From assembly GCF_009914755.1 (NCBI RefSeq), contig NC_060947.1: a stretch of DNA of 64,000 nt; one strand, given 5' to 3'. The first letter of the stretch is position 1; every line of letters begins with the position of its first letter. The notes under the pieces are model-generated. The model was not told the origin of the DNA and made no database searches. It saw nothing but the letters and a program-made list of their open reading frames with translations. Shown piece by piece: positions 1-12,914 of this stretch. Both the position numbers and the translations under genes were made by a program. This DNA comes from the human T2T-CHM13v2.0 reference genome, Homo sapiens.

Positions 1-550
1 CATTAATTACATTTGCTGATGACAATAAATTTAAGCATGGATCCAATACTACTAACTACAAAGAATTATACAGACCTAGCAACTTAACAACAAGGAACAT
101 TTTGGCAGTATTTTTAGCTGTATATTATATTTTTCTTCTTTGAAAGAGTACAGTATAATTTTACTTGACTGAAAGACACAACGATTAACTTCATCAAGTG
201 TGTGGAAATTCATGAATTTGAGGAAATCTCTCTCTTTAGAATTTTTTTTTCACTTTCTTTTCATCCTTTCATGGATCATTTTTTTAATGCTTCTTTTACC
301 CTATAGGTGGCTTTTAATTACTTTCCCTATTACCACTAGCAGTGCAGGAATCTTACCGAAAATATTTGTGGCTCTGTCTCAGGGTATGAGAAAATATTTG
401 CAAATTAGACTCACATTCTTTAATGACCCTCCCATTACCTTCTTATTGAATTATAAATTGGCTCTGATTCTTTACTTTGATGCCTCACATGATCATTCTT
501 CCTGAATTTCCATTGCAGTTTTGTTCCTTACTGTCTGTTGTTGTTTTGCT

Positions 551-1250
551 CATTTATTCATTCATTCATTCATGATCTATTATTATTTTCATTCTATCGA
601 CATCTATTTATTGATTCTCATAATGTATCAGATACAGTATAAGTCAAGAAGACAAACATCGATGAATAGGGCACAATCATTACCTTTCATGGCACTTTAG
701 CAACCATTAATCATTATTACAAACCTAATACTTTAATGTCCATTATACTTTGTGCTATAAAGGAAAACAATAGAACTAAGATTATAATGTTGTGGAAATT
801 ATCAAATCTAAAAGGGCAGAAAAATCTTCAGCATAAAATCCATATTTAGGCAAAGCCAATTGTAAGTAATACAAATTTGCCACAAGTAAGAAGTAAAAAA
901 AAGGGGAGAAATCTAGGCATACAAAATAACACATGAGAAAACTCTGGAAGGAACAAACTTGTTGGAAATGCTACAAATTGGTAATGTGTCTAGATCACAG
1001 CAAGTAAAGGAGAAAATAGAGATGAAGGTGAAGAGTTGGGCAATAATTGGATTGTGCAATGCTTTGTAGGACATTATAGATTTTGGATTTTATTCTAAGT
1101 ACAGGTAATTTGTGTAAGGCTAGAGCAGCGCCAAATGATCTAGCTGGTAATTCTTAGATAATTACATGTCTTTCATTGTCTGCTTTAAAGTTGTGATCTT
1201 AGGAACTTCTAGTGGCTAGGCATAAAACTAGCTAAGTATTTCTTAGAATC
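551..1250 (-). mobile_element. L2 LINE remnant (3' end)
   Basis: (CATT)n L2-tail-like start at 551, followed by degenerate L2-like motifs (TATTTATTGA; GCTTTGTAGGACATTATAGATTTTGGATTTTATTCTAAG). Boundaries approximate. Confidence 0.6.
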
Positions 1251-1459
1251 CAAGCTTGAGTTGGTGCCTTGGTACTCATTTCTTAGAGAACAGAGGGCAG
1301 ATATTTATTTTAAAAGCTTTAAGCGACATTGCATAATGTAAGGTTAATATAAACATTTCAGTGCTTTTTAAAGCTACCATTTATAATAGCATACATAAAT
1401 ATTGTGAATACAGTGGGGTTGTTTTGAGGCAGGTCTCATAACAATGTCAAGTATGAATA

Positions 1460-2420
1460 AGTTTTTTCAAAAATGTGTTAGACAAGTATGGAAAACTATT
1501 AAGGATTAAACAATGTAATTTTTTAAGGATATCATGTTCATGGTTTGGAAGGACCAATATTGTAAAAATGTCAAATTTTTTTTTTTATAATTTCATGTAT
1601 ACTTTCCATGAAATCCTAATTAAATTTACAAAGACCCTTTTTAGTGAAAACTGAAAAGCTAATTCTTCACTTTATATGAAAATTCGAGTGATGAAGCCTA
1701 ACAAAAAACAATGTAGGTGAAAAATGAAATCGGAAGGATTAATTCCACAGGATCCCAAGACTTATTGTAAAACCTCAGCAATTGATACAGTGTGTTCTTG
1801 GTTCAAGGACAAAAAATACACCAGTGGAATAGTATAGAGAGGCAGGAAACTTTTGGACACTTGCTATATGACAGTGGTTTATGCAGAGCATGAGGAGAGT
1901 GATATATGTCTTTTCTGTTTGTTTTTAAAATAAATGACAGTGGCTTACTTGAAAGCCTATATACAAAACGTAATAAACTTCATACCTACATCACACCATT
2001 CACAAAAATCAATATTAGGTGAAGTGTCGATCTAAATGTGAAGGGCAAACAAGTTTTCTAGGTGAAAAATATTCAAAGGTATCTATTATTTGGGAGTAGG
2101 AAAGATTTTTTTATATATGACACAAAATGTATGAATAATTTAAACTATATTAAAATTAAAAATTTCTAGTATTCTGAATAATATGAAAAAGTAAGTCACA
2201 CAGTGGACAAAGATATTTGCAACACACATTAAAATAAGGGACTTGTATTTAAAATATGTGAAGATTCTTGCAAGTCAGTTAAAAAGTCATATAGCACTGT
2301 GTAAAAATGGTCAAGAGACTTGAACAGGTACTTCACAAACCAGGGAATTCAACTGGACAATAAACATGAAAAGATGCTCCATGTCATTGTTCATCAGGGC
2401 AATTAATATTTAAAACAGTC
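1460..2420 (+). mobile_element. Old L1M fragment (3' part of ORF2)
   Basis: Degenerate ORF2 motifs: CATGTTCATGGTTTGGAAG...AATATTGTAAAAATGTC, TCACACCATTCACAAAAATCAA, GACTTGAACAGGTACTTCACAAA, AAACATGAAAAGATGCTC. Confidence 0.75.
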
Positions 2421-2429
2421 ATTCTTTTT

Positions 2430-3079
2430 TAGTTTAAGTATCCTGGTGGAAGACTAGCATAAAAGAGTCCACATTCTGTCCCTTGAAGATTCATGTAGAG
2501 CACATCTACAAAATAGATTTATGTCATCCTAAGTTCCTCAAAAGTCTCATTATTACAGCATCAACTCAAAGTCCAAAATTTCATTGAAATCTCATCAGCT
2601 CAATAGTCCCATGTCTCATAATTTAATTTATGTAAATCACCTATGGGTGAGGCTCTAGGAGTAATCTGACTTGGGAAACAATCCTTCTCCATCCCTGGAC
2701 TTGCATAATTAAAGAATCATGTTACCTTATCCCAAAATGCAATGACAGAAAAAGCATAAGTAATAGTTACAGACATGCTGCTTTAAAACCAGAGAAAACA
2801 AAAGAGAAAGGATTCCCAAAATTTAAAATGTATCTAGGCAAACTCCATCAGCTTTCAAGGCCTTGTAATTATCCTATGTGTTTTTTGCCTCTGACCTTGG
2901 GGCTCAAAGCTCCACTCTCTGGAGTTGTCATTGATCTTTCCTAGAAAATCTCAAATTTATATTTAACTTTTGCTGAGGTGGCTGAGGGACAGTATTCTTG
3001 AGCTTCCTAGATACTGTCTACTTTGATTGGACAGTTCTGTGAGTCACACCCAGAATCTCATAAAAGGGCCTTTTGTGTA
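2430..3079 (-). mobile_element. MLT1-type MaLR internal sequence (distal piece)
   Basis: CAGCATCAACTCAAAGTCCAAAATTTCAT...ATGGGTGAGGCTCT resembles the MaLR-int motif also seen in the THE1-int at ~8550-8590. Continues at 10348 after nested insertions. Confidence 0.65.
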
Positions 3080-3354
3080 AAAATACTGTGACTTTGGGGA
3101 GTGATGTCACCAAAATTGCAGAGTAGATACAATCTGGCTTCACTGTACTTCAAAGAAAACCAAAATGATCTTCAACACTAAGATCATCCCTAGCAGTATT
3201 CCAGAGCTCAAATATGAGGATGAGAGGATTTCTGGGCCATAGAAAATTGAAAAACTCCAACCAGATGAAAAGAGAAAAGGAATTCTCCATCCTTGAGGCC
3301 CCTCTCCCAATCTGCCAGCATTGCATATTGATCATTGCTTTAGGACTCACAATT

Positions 3355-3932
3355 TCTTTTTTTTTTTTTTTAACTTTTGCTTTTTTAAATTTTTGGTTGA
3401 GGTTCAGGGATACATGTGCAGGTTTGTTATATAGTTAAATTGCATATTATGGAGGTTTCATGTACAGATTATTTCATCACCCAGGTAATAAGTGTCGGAT
3501 ACCACAGGCAGTTTTTTGATCACCTTCCTCCTCCTACCTCTATCCTCAAGTAGGCCCTGGTGACTGTTGTTCCCTTCTTTGTGTCTATTTGTTCTCAATG
3601 TTTAGCTCCCACTTTTAGGTGAGAACATGTTGTATTTGGTTGTTTGTTCCTGTGTTAGTTCAATTAGGAAAATGGCCTCCAGCTTCATCCATGTTGCTGC
3701 AAAGGAAATGATCTCATTCTTTTTTATGGCTCTGTGGTATTGCATGGTGTATATGTACCATATTTTCTTCATCTAGTCTTCTGTGGATGGGAATTTAGGT
3801 TGATTCTATGTCTTTGTTATTGTGAATACTGCTGTGATAAACCTACGTGTACAAATGTCTTTATGGTAGAAGGATTTATATTCCTTTGGGTATATACTCA
3901 ATAATGGAATTACTGGATCGAATGGTAATTCA
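3355..3932 (-). mobile_element. 5'-truncated L1PA (L1PA13-16-like) 3' end inserted in the L1MA 5' UTR
   Basis: Poly-T followed by TACATGTGCAGGTTTGTTA...TACAGATTATTTCATCACCCAGGTA; reverse ORF ending ELPFDPVIPLLSIYPKEYKSFYHKD (ORF2 C-terminus). Confidence 0.9.
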
Positions 3933-5416
3933 ACCTGTAGGGGAAAAATCCCCTGAAGACAACTGGAGACAGAGAGGAACCAGGAATGGAAACCCAAGTT
4001 TTTGAAACTCTGCTCTTTATCTCAGCTAAAGGAGGATTCAAATCAGAATGGCTATTCAGCAGCACCGTGCTGTAGCAGCCACACTCCATGGGTCTTCTGG
4101 GCATGAATGCATAGCCAGTCTTCCCACACATATTCCTTCTGGTATCCCCCCACCTACCAATCTCAGACAGGTGGTGCTTTAACATTTGTGAGAGTAGAGG
4201 CAAACCTGGGTTTATGGTGCCATTTAGGAGGTAGCGGCTTAGGATTATGGAGAATCAGAGGCAATTACAAAGAACCTGTAAGCAAACATACCCTAGAAAG
4301 ACTAAAACAAGCAAGACAGTGAAGACTGGAAAAAATTTAACTAATACTTCATTGTGAAACCATCGACATATATTCACAAGAAACAACAGGAAGCAAGGGA
4401 ACCATGAACTCCCCAAACAGACAAAAACAGTAAGACCAACCCTAATGAGATAGATAGTGATGTGCAAGGTCTTAGATCAAAAATTCAAAATAGCAGTTCT
4501 AAAGAAACCAAGCAAACTAAAAGATAACAAAAAAGTAATTCAGAAATGTATTAGAGAAATTCAACAAAGAGATTGAAATAATAATTTAATAAATCCAGCA
4601 GAAATCTTGGAACTGAGAAATATATCTGCTGAACTAAAAATGCATTAGAGTCTCTCAAAAGAGGAATGGATGAAGCAGAAGAAAAAAATCAGTAAGCTCA
4701 AAGACAAGCTATGTGAAAACAGAAATGAAAAAGGAGACATAACAACTGATACCACAGAAATACAAAGAATCTTTAGCAACTTTATGAACAACCATATGCC
4801 AAGAAATTGGAAAACCTAGAAGGAGTGAATGAATTCCTAGACACATGCAACATATCAAGATTGAACCATGAAGAAATAAAAAACCTGAACAGAGCAGTAA
4901 CAAGTATCAACATCAAAGCAGTAATCAAATGTCTCCCAACAAAGGAAAACCCAGGACCTGACAGTTTCACAGGTGAATTCTACCAACTATTTAATGAAGT
5001 GCTAATACCAATTCTACTAAATTTTCCAAAAAATTGAAGAGGTGTGAATACTTCCAAGCTCATTTTATGAGGCCAACATTACTCTTGATACCAGAATCAG
5101 ACATGGATCCAACAACAAAAACATGAAACTACAGGACAATATTCCTGATGAACATAAATGGAAAAATCCTTAACAAAATAACAAATTTAAAAGATTACTT
5201 ACCATGATGAAGTGGTATTCATTCTAGGGATGCAAAGTTGGCTGCACATACACAAATAAATAAAGAGATACATCACGTCAACAGAATAAAGTGTAAAAAC
5301 CATCCAGTCATTTTAATAGGTGCTGAAAAAACATTCAACAAAATTCAACATCACTTTATGATAAAAACGCTCAACAAACTCAATATATACCTCAAAACAA
5401 TGAAGACCATATGTGA

Positions 5417-5604
5417 GCCGGGTGTGGTGGCTCAGACCTGTAATCTCAGCACTTTGGGAGGCAGAGGTGGGTGGATCACTCAAGCCCAGGAGTTTGAGAC
5501 CAGCCTGGGGAGGATCACCTGTACCTGGGAGATCGTGGCTGCAGTGAGCCACAATTATGCCACTGCACTCTAATCTGAGTGACTGGGTAAGATGCTGTCT
5601 CAAA

Positions 5605-5651
<47 letters not shown>

Positions 5652-5652
5652 A
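5417..5652 (+). mobile_element. AluJ-type element with internal deletion and (TAAA)n tail
   Basis: GCCGGGTGTGGTGGCTCA...CCCAGGAGTTTGAGACCAGCCTGGG fused directly to right-arm GAGGATCACCT. TSD AAGACCATATGTGA (5403-5416) / AAGACCATATATGA (5653-5666). Confidence 0.9.
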
Positions 5653-6413
5653 AAGACCATATATGACAGTGTCACAGATAACATCATACTGAATGGGAGA
5701 AAATTAAATACCTTTTCTCCAAGATCTAAAACAAGACATGGATGCCCACTTTCATTAGTTTTTTTCAACATAGTACTAGACATCCTGACCAGAGCAATTA
5801 GGCAAGAGAAAAAAAAAAGGGAATCCAAATTGGGAAGGAAGAAGTCAAATTGATCTTGTTCACAGGTAAAATGATATTATATTTACAACAACCTAAAGAC
5901 ATCAACAAAAAACTTTTAGAATTGAAAAGTGAATTTAGTAACATTGCAGGATACAGAACCAATATACAAAAATTGTCATTTATAGATGCCAACAGCAAAT
6001 GAATAAAAAAACTCAACGAACTAATCCAATTTATAACAGACACAATATATAAAATATCTAGGAATTAATTTAACCGAAGAAGTGAAAGTGCTATACAAGG
6101 AAAACTATAAAACACTGATTAAAAAATTAAATGGGGCACACAAAAAAGGGAAATGCTCATGGACTGGAAGAATTAATATTTTTAAAAGGTCAGTGATCTA
6201 CAGATTTAGGGCAATTATGCAATTATTATAAAAATACCAATGATATTCCTTATAGAAATAGAAAAAAATCATAAAATTAATATAGAACCACGAGTCTCCA
6301 AATAGCCAAAATCATCCTGAGCCAAAAGAATAAAGCTGGAGTTATCACACTACTTGATTTCAAAATATACCACAAAGCCATAGCAATAAAAACAGCACAG
6401 TACTATAATATAA

Positions 6414-6789
<376 letters not shown>

Positions 6790-8102
6790 CAGCCAATTCA
6801 TTTTTAACCAAATTGCCAAGAGCATACCTTGTGAAAAGGTAATATCTTCACTAAATTGTACTGGGAAAACTGGATAAACATGCAGAAGAATGAAGTTAGG
6901 GCATTATTTCTCATCATATACAAAACCAAATCAAATTGGATGAAAAACTTAAATTGAAGACCAAAAACTGTGAAACTACTAAAAGTAAACCTTCAGGAAG
7001 CACTTTGGGATACTGATCTGAGCAAAGATTTTTGAGCAAGACCTGAAAAGCACAGGCAACAAAAACAAAAGAAGACAAATGGGATTATATCATGCTGAAA
7101 AGTTTCTGCAAAGCAAAGGACACAATCAACAAAGTAAAGAGACAACCTACAGAATGGTAGAAAAAACATTGCAAACTACTCATCTGACAAGGGGCTAATA
7201 ACCAGAATATATGAGGACTGCAAACAACTCAATAGCAAAAACAATTAAATAAATTTGCTTAAACAATGGGCAAATAATTTGAATAGACATTTCTCAAAAG
7301 AAGAATGCAAAGGGCCAATAGGTATGTGGAAAATGCTCAGTGTCACTAATCATCATCAGAGAAGTATAAATTAAACCACAATGAGATATTACATTGCTTC
7401 TGTTCAAATGGCTTTTATCAAAAAGATAAAAAAGTAACGGAGGCTGGTGAAGATGTAGAGAAAGGGAAATACTTGTACACTCTTAGTGTGATTGTGAATT
7501 AGTACAATCACTATGAAAAAAAGTATTGAAGTTCCTCAAAAAATCTAAAAATATATTCAGCCACAATAAAGAATAAAATCCTGACATTTACAGCATTGTG
7601 GATGAACCTGGAGGTCATTATGTTAAGTGAAATAAGCCATGCACAGGAAAGCAAATACTGCATGTTCCCACTCATATGTGGGAGCTACAAAAGTGGGTCT
7701 TACGGAGATAGGGAGTAGAATAATAGTTAACAGTGACTGAGGGGGGTGTGTGAAAAGGCGATGAAAAGAAATTGGTTAATGGGTATCAAGTGAAGTTAGA
7801 AGGAATATGATCTTGAGTTTGATAGTACAGTAGTTTAACCATAGTTAACAATAATTTATTGTGCAGTTCAAAGTAGCTAACAGAGAAAAACTGGAATGTT
7901 CCCAACATAAAGAAAAAATAAATCTTTGAAGTCATGAATATTCCAATTATTCTGGTTTGATCATTAGACAATGTATGCATGTATCACATGTACCCCAAAT
8001 ATTACAACTATTATGTATCAATAAAAAGAATTAATTTAGTATACATGAGTAATAACAACAAAACATTGTGACCTTGTATTTTACTGATGAAGGTATTAAC
8101 AG

Positions 8103-10347
8103 TATGTTAGTCTGTTTTCATGCTGCTAATAAAGACATACCTGAGACTGTGTAATTTTTAAAGGAAAGAGGTTTAATTGACTCACAGTTTCATATGGTTG
8201 CAGAGGCCTGACAATCATGGCAGAAGGTGAAGGAGGAGGAAAGACACGTTTTACACTGCAGTAGGCAAGAGAGCCTGTGCAAAAGAACTGCTCTTTGTAA
8301 AATCATCAGATCTCACGAGACTTATTCACTGTGAAAACAGTATAGGAAAAACCCACCCCATGGTTCAATTACCTCCCACTGGGGCCCTCCCATGACATGT
8401 GGGGATTATGGGAGCTACAGTTCAAGATGAGATTTGGGTACACAGCTGAGCCATATCATTCTGCCCCTCCCCCCTCCCAAATCTTGTATCCTCACATTTC
8501 AAAATCGATTGTGCCTTCCCAACAGTCCCCCAAAGCCTTAACTCATTCCAGCATGAACTCAAAAATCCAAGTCCAAAGTCTCATCTGAGACAAGCCCCTT
8601 CCACCTATGAGCCTGTAAAGTCAAAAGCGAGTTAGTTACTTTCTAGATACAATGGGGGTACAGACATTGGGCAAATATACTGGTTCCAAATGAGAGAAAT
8701 TGGTGAAAATGAAGGGGGAGGGGGGACACAGAAGTTTGAAATCCAATAGGGCAGTCATTAAAACTTAAAGTTCCGAAAGGATCTTTTTTGACTCCATGTC
8801 TCACATCCAGGTCATGCCGATGCAAGAGGTTGGCTCCCACAGCCTTGGGCAGCTCCGCCCCTGTGGCTTTGCAGAATAAAGCACCCTCTTGGCTGCTTTC
8901 ATGGGCTGGCATTGAGTGTCTGTGGCTTTTCCAGGTGCACAGTGCAGGCTGCCGGTGAATCTACCATTCTGGGTTCTGGAAGACAGTGGCCCTCTTCTCA
9001 CAGCTCCACTAGGCAGTGTCCCAGTGGGGACTCTGTGTGGGGACTCTAACCCCACATTTCTCTTCCTCGCTGCCCTGACAGAGATTCTCCATGAGGGCCC
9101 TGCCCCTGTAGCAAAATTCTGCCTGCACATCCAGACATTTCCATACATCCTATGAAATCTAGCCAGAGGTTCCCAAACCTCGGTTCTTGGCTTATGGTCA
9201 CCCACAGGCTGAACACCATGTGAAAGCTGTCAAGGTGTGGGGCTTGCACCCCATGAAGCCATGGCCAAAACTGTACCTTGGCCCCTTTAGCCACTGCTGG
9301 AGCAGCTGGAACACAGGACACCAAGTCCCTAGGCTGCACATAGCAGGGGGGCCCTGGACCTGGCCCAGGAAACCACTTTTCCCTCCTGGGCCTCTGGGCC
9401 TGTGATGGGAGGGGCTGTCATGAAGGTCTCTGACATGCCCTGGAGACATTTTCCCCATTGTCATGGTGATTAACATTTATCTCCTCGTTACTTATGCACA
9501 TTTCTGCAGCTGGCTTGAATTTCTTCCCAGAAAATGGGTTTTTCTTTTCTGTTGCATAGTCAGGCTGCAAATTTTCAAAACTTTTATGCTCTGCTTCATC
9601 TTCAGTGCTTTGCCACTTTGAAATTTCTCCTGCCAGATACCCTAAATCATCTCTCTGAAGTTCAAAGTTCCACAAATCTCTAGGGCAGGGGCAAAATGCT
9701 GTCAGTCTCTTTGCATAGCAAGAGTGACCTTTACTGCAATTTCCAAGAAGTTCTTCATCTCAATCTGAGACCACCTCAGCCTGGACTTTATTTCCATATC
9801 ACTGTCAGCATTTTGGTCAAAGACATTCAACAAGTCTCTAGGAAGTTCCGAACTTTACCACGTTTTTCTGTCTTCTTCCGAGCCCTCCAAACTGTTCCAA
9901 CCTCTGCCTGTTACCCAGTTCCAAAGTTGCTTCCTCATTTTTGAGTATCTTTACGGCAGCACCCCAGTCTACTGGTACCAATTTATTATATTAGTCTGTT
10001 CTTCTACTGCTAATAAAGACATACCCGAGACTGTGTAATTTATAAAAGAAAGAGGTTTAATGGAGTCACAGTTCCACATGACTGGGGAGTCCTCACAATA
10101 ATGACAGAAGACAAAGGAAGAGCAAAGGCACATCACACATAGCAGCAGGCAAGAGAGTGTGTGCAGAACTGCTCTTTATAAAACCATCAGATCTCATGAG
10201 ACTTATTCACTATCACAAGAACAGCATGGGAAAAACCCACCCCCATGGTTCAATTACCTCCCACCAGGTCTCTCCCACAATACATGGGGATTATGGGAGC
10301 TACAATTCAAGATGAGATTTGGGTGGGAACACAGCCAAACCATATCA
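8103..10347 (-). mobile_element. Complete THE1 (THE1C-like) MaLR provirus: LTR 8103-8458, internal 8459-9986, LTR 9987-10347
   Basis: Two ~360-bp direct repeats (TTAGTCTGTT...GCTAATAAAGACATAC...CCATATCA) flanking ~1.5 kb of typical THE1-int sequence. Confidence 0.95.
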
Positions 10348-10912
10348 AGCAAAATGCTGTCTGGTCACACCATTGGCTTTCTTTCCAGAATCAACTTTCC
10401 TCAAAGTAGATCTCCTAATATTAGTGTCTTTTGCAATCAGGACAGGCCAAAAAGATCCCTAGTCATCAAGACCTGTTTCCTTTTTGCTTAACAGTTAGTT
10501 CTTCTCTCAATTTATCTCCTTCCTTTTGCATTTTACTATAAACAAATCAAGAACAAATCAAGCTGCACCTTTAACACTTTTTTGGAAATCTCCTCAGCTA
10601 GGTATCCTAGTGCCTTCTGCTTTTCACATAAATGCAGGGCACAATTCCAATAAGATTTCTGCTTCTATGTGAGAAGAATTCCCTGTTCTCTAGCTTACTG
10701 TAATAATTTTATCCCTTTCTTCTGAGCCTTTACTGGAAGCATTCTCCAAGTGCAGACTTCTACAAGCTGTGTGTTCAGGTCAGTCTAGCATTGTCTACAT
10801 GCTCCTCAATGTTTTTCCAGCTTCCACCCCCTCCCAGTCATTTAAACATTCCTAAGTTATTTAAACATTTTTAGATAACTAGCACCTCATTTATAATATC
10901 AAAATATCAAAA
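10348..10912 (-). mobile_element. MLT1-type MaLR internal sequence (LTR-proximal piece)
   Basis: TTGGAAATCTCCTCAGCTAGGTATCC...GCAGGGCACAATTC parallels THE1-int at ~9620-9700; abuts the MLT1 LTR. Confidence 0.65.
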
Positions 10913-11510
10913 TTAGTTTCCTAATGCTGTTCTCATAAGTTACTACAAACTTAGCACCTGGAAAAAACCCACTAATTTATTATTCTGTATTTCTATATAT
11001 CACAAATCCTGTACAGGTCTCACTGGGCTATGATCAAGGTGTTGGCAAGGATGCCTTCCTTTCTGTAGATTTTAGAGGGGAAATTTTTTCTTGCTCACTT
11101 AGATTGTTCACACAATTAAATTCCTGCAGTTGTGAGACTAAGGTCTGGTGTTCTTGCTGGCTGTAAGCTGAGAGTTATTCCCAGCTTCTAGAAGTTGTCT
11201 ACATGTTTTAACTCCTTTCCTCCATTTTCAAGTCCCTCTCGTGCTTCAAATGTCTCCTCTCTTGTATACCATTATCACATCTCTCTGACTGACGTTTCTG
11301 TCTTCTTTCTCTGCTTTTAATTGCCCATGTGACTACATTGGGTTTACGTAGATAACCCAGAATGATCTCACTATCTTGAGGTCTGTTCATTGGAAACTGT
11401 AATTTCATCTTTAGCTTTAACTTCCTTTTCCATTATTATATTCACTGGCATGATGTTAGAGGTTAAGAAATGGACATATTTGGAGTTGGGGGCATTATTT
11501 TTCCTTACAC
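10913..11510 (-). mobile_element. MLT1 (D/E-like) LTR
   Basis: TTAGTTTCCTAATGCTG...TACTACAAACTTAG...GGTCTCACTGGGCTA..ATCAAGGTGTTGGCA; ends ATGGACATATTTGG...GGGGCATTATT. Confidence 0.8.
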
Positions 11511-12329
11511 TTCAAAGTTGTTTTTAAATGAGGTTCAATTTATCCAAGATTATTTCTCAACCATTTATGAAATCATGAATAAACCCTCAGCTGAACTCTG
11601 CTAAAATTATCTCAAAAGTAGCTGTGAAGCGGTAGGCTACAAAATTCTATTACCCTTCTTTTTACTTTTGTATTTAGTCACATCCAGTCTCCCTTCATGG
11701 AGACACAGAAGTTAGAGGAGAACATCTTTTCCCTTCCTTGGGTTAACAGTTTTGTCTGCCTCCATTCAGATTCAACTCAACCTACAGGTCTGAGATCCGC
11801 CCTACTGCTACAACTCAATCCTATGCACTGACCACTGACTATTGTCTTGATATTCTTCTTTCTTTAGATGAGGGCAGATCAGAAGACACTAAGCTCTAAA
11901 CTTACATGGGATAGGAAAGTACATATTATGTTCCTTACCCGCTACTCACCAATGGAGGCCTAAATGTAGCCATCACATGGAGTACATTGTCTAAGGATTC
12001 TGCACTGATTTTTATAGCCTATTTTTCCTATGTCCTGGATTTTTTCATTTTTAGTTGTATATTATCATTGTAGTCATAATTATTACATTATTATTTGTAT
12101 GAAGATAACCTAGGATGAGTATGATACACTTCCACATTAACTTCTTTCTTGTTATTGTTTGGTAATGTGTAAGACAAATCTGTAGTGATCAGAATATTCT
12201 AACCATTGGCAAAATCTGAAAAAGTAATAGCAACGATGAGTCTTTCAGTTACTGGTAACTAGAAAAGTCAAATTTATTTCATTTTTGGGTGGCAGGGGTT
12301 TCTTGGAGTACTTGACATCTGTGATATGG

Positions 12330-12914
12330 TGAAGTGGTCTCATTGTGTGGGGTAACACCTGAGGTTTGTTGTCTCATGGCCACGGAGATTAAGGACATGG
12401 ACACCCAAAGGGTGAGGTTTAGAGCAGAAATTTAATAGGTAAGAGAAAGAAAATATCTTTCTGCTACAGACAGGGGTCCCAGAAAAAAGGGTTGCCTTTT
12501 TACAGTTTGGATACAGAGGCTTTTATAAGAAACCAATAGGGGGCTGGGTGTCTCATTTGCATAAGGCATGCATTTCTGGTAGTTCCACCCCATCCTAGTG
12601 TGCATAGGGGCCCTTAGCTTGAGTTACTCCATGTTGCTTTGTTTCCCCTTATTGCACATGTGCCACACATGTGCCAGGGGACAGAATTTTCCATTGCAGG
12701 CATGTCTCGGCAAGTCTCCTGTGTAGCCTTTCTTATCCACATGGCCATGGGGATGTCTTAGGCGAGTCCCCTGGGCAAGGTCCTTTATCTGTGCCTACAA
12801 CATTATTTTTCAGGCTGTTCTTTTGTTTGAAAGAATTTAACTGAGGACCCACTGTAAAACCAAAGACCCACCCTAACTGTCTGACTGACCAGTTTCTTCC
12901 TTTGCCCTCTCTCA
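12330..12914 (-). mobile_element. ERV1-class solo LTR (subfamily not assigned)
   Basis: TG...CA termini; flanks ATGG/CTGG (3/4 match to a 4-bp TSD); minus-strand TATAAAA (12521-12527) and ATTAAA (12431-12436). Confidence 0.8.

Noticed and set aside
200-505. 101-aa hydrophobic ORF
   Set aside because: Non-ATG start in T-rich sequence; the F/L/I bias follows base composition, with no promoter or splice support.
5313-5828. Longest ORF in the track (171 aa, minus strand)
   Set aside because: Antisense L1 plus antisense Alu plus a (TTTA)n tail giving FIYL repeats; an artefactual frame.
8643-9944. Several ORFs up to 134 aa
   Set aside because: Fragments of the decayed THE1 internal region, broken by stops and frameshifts.
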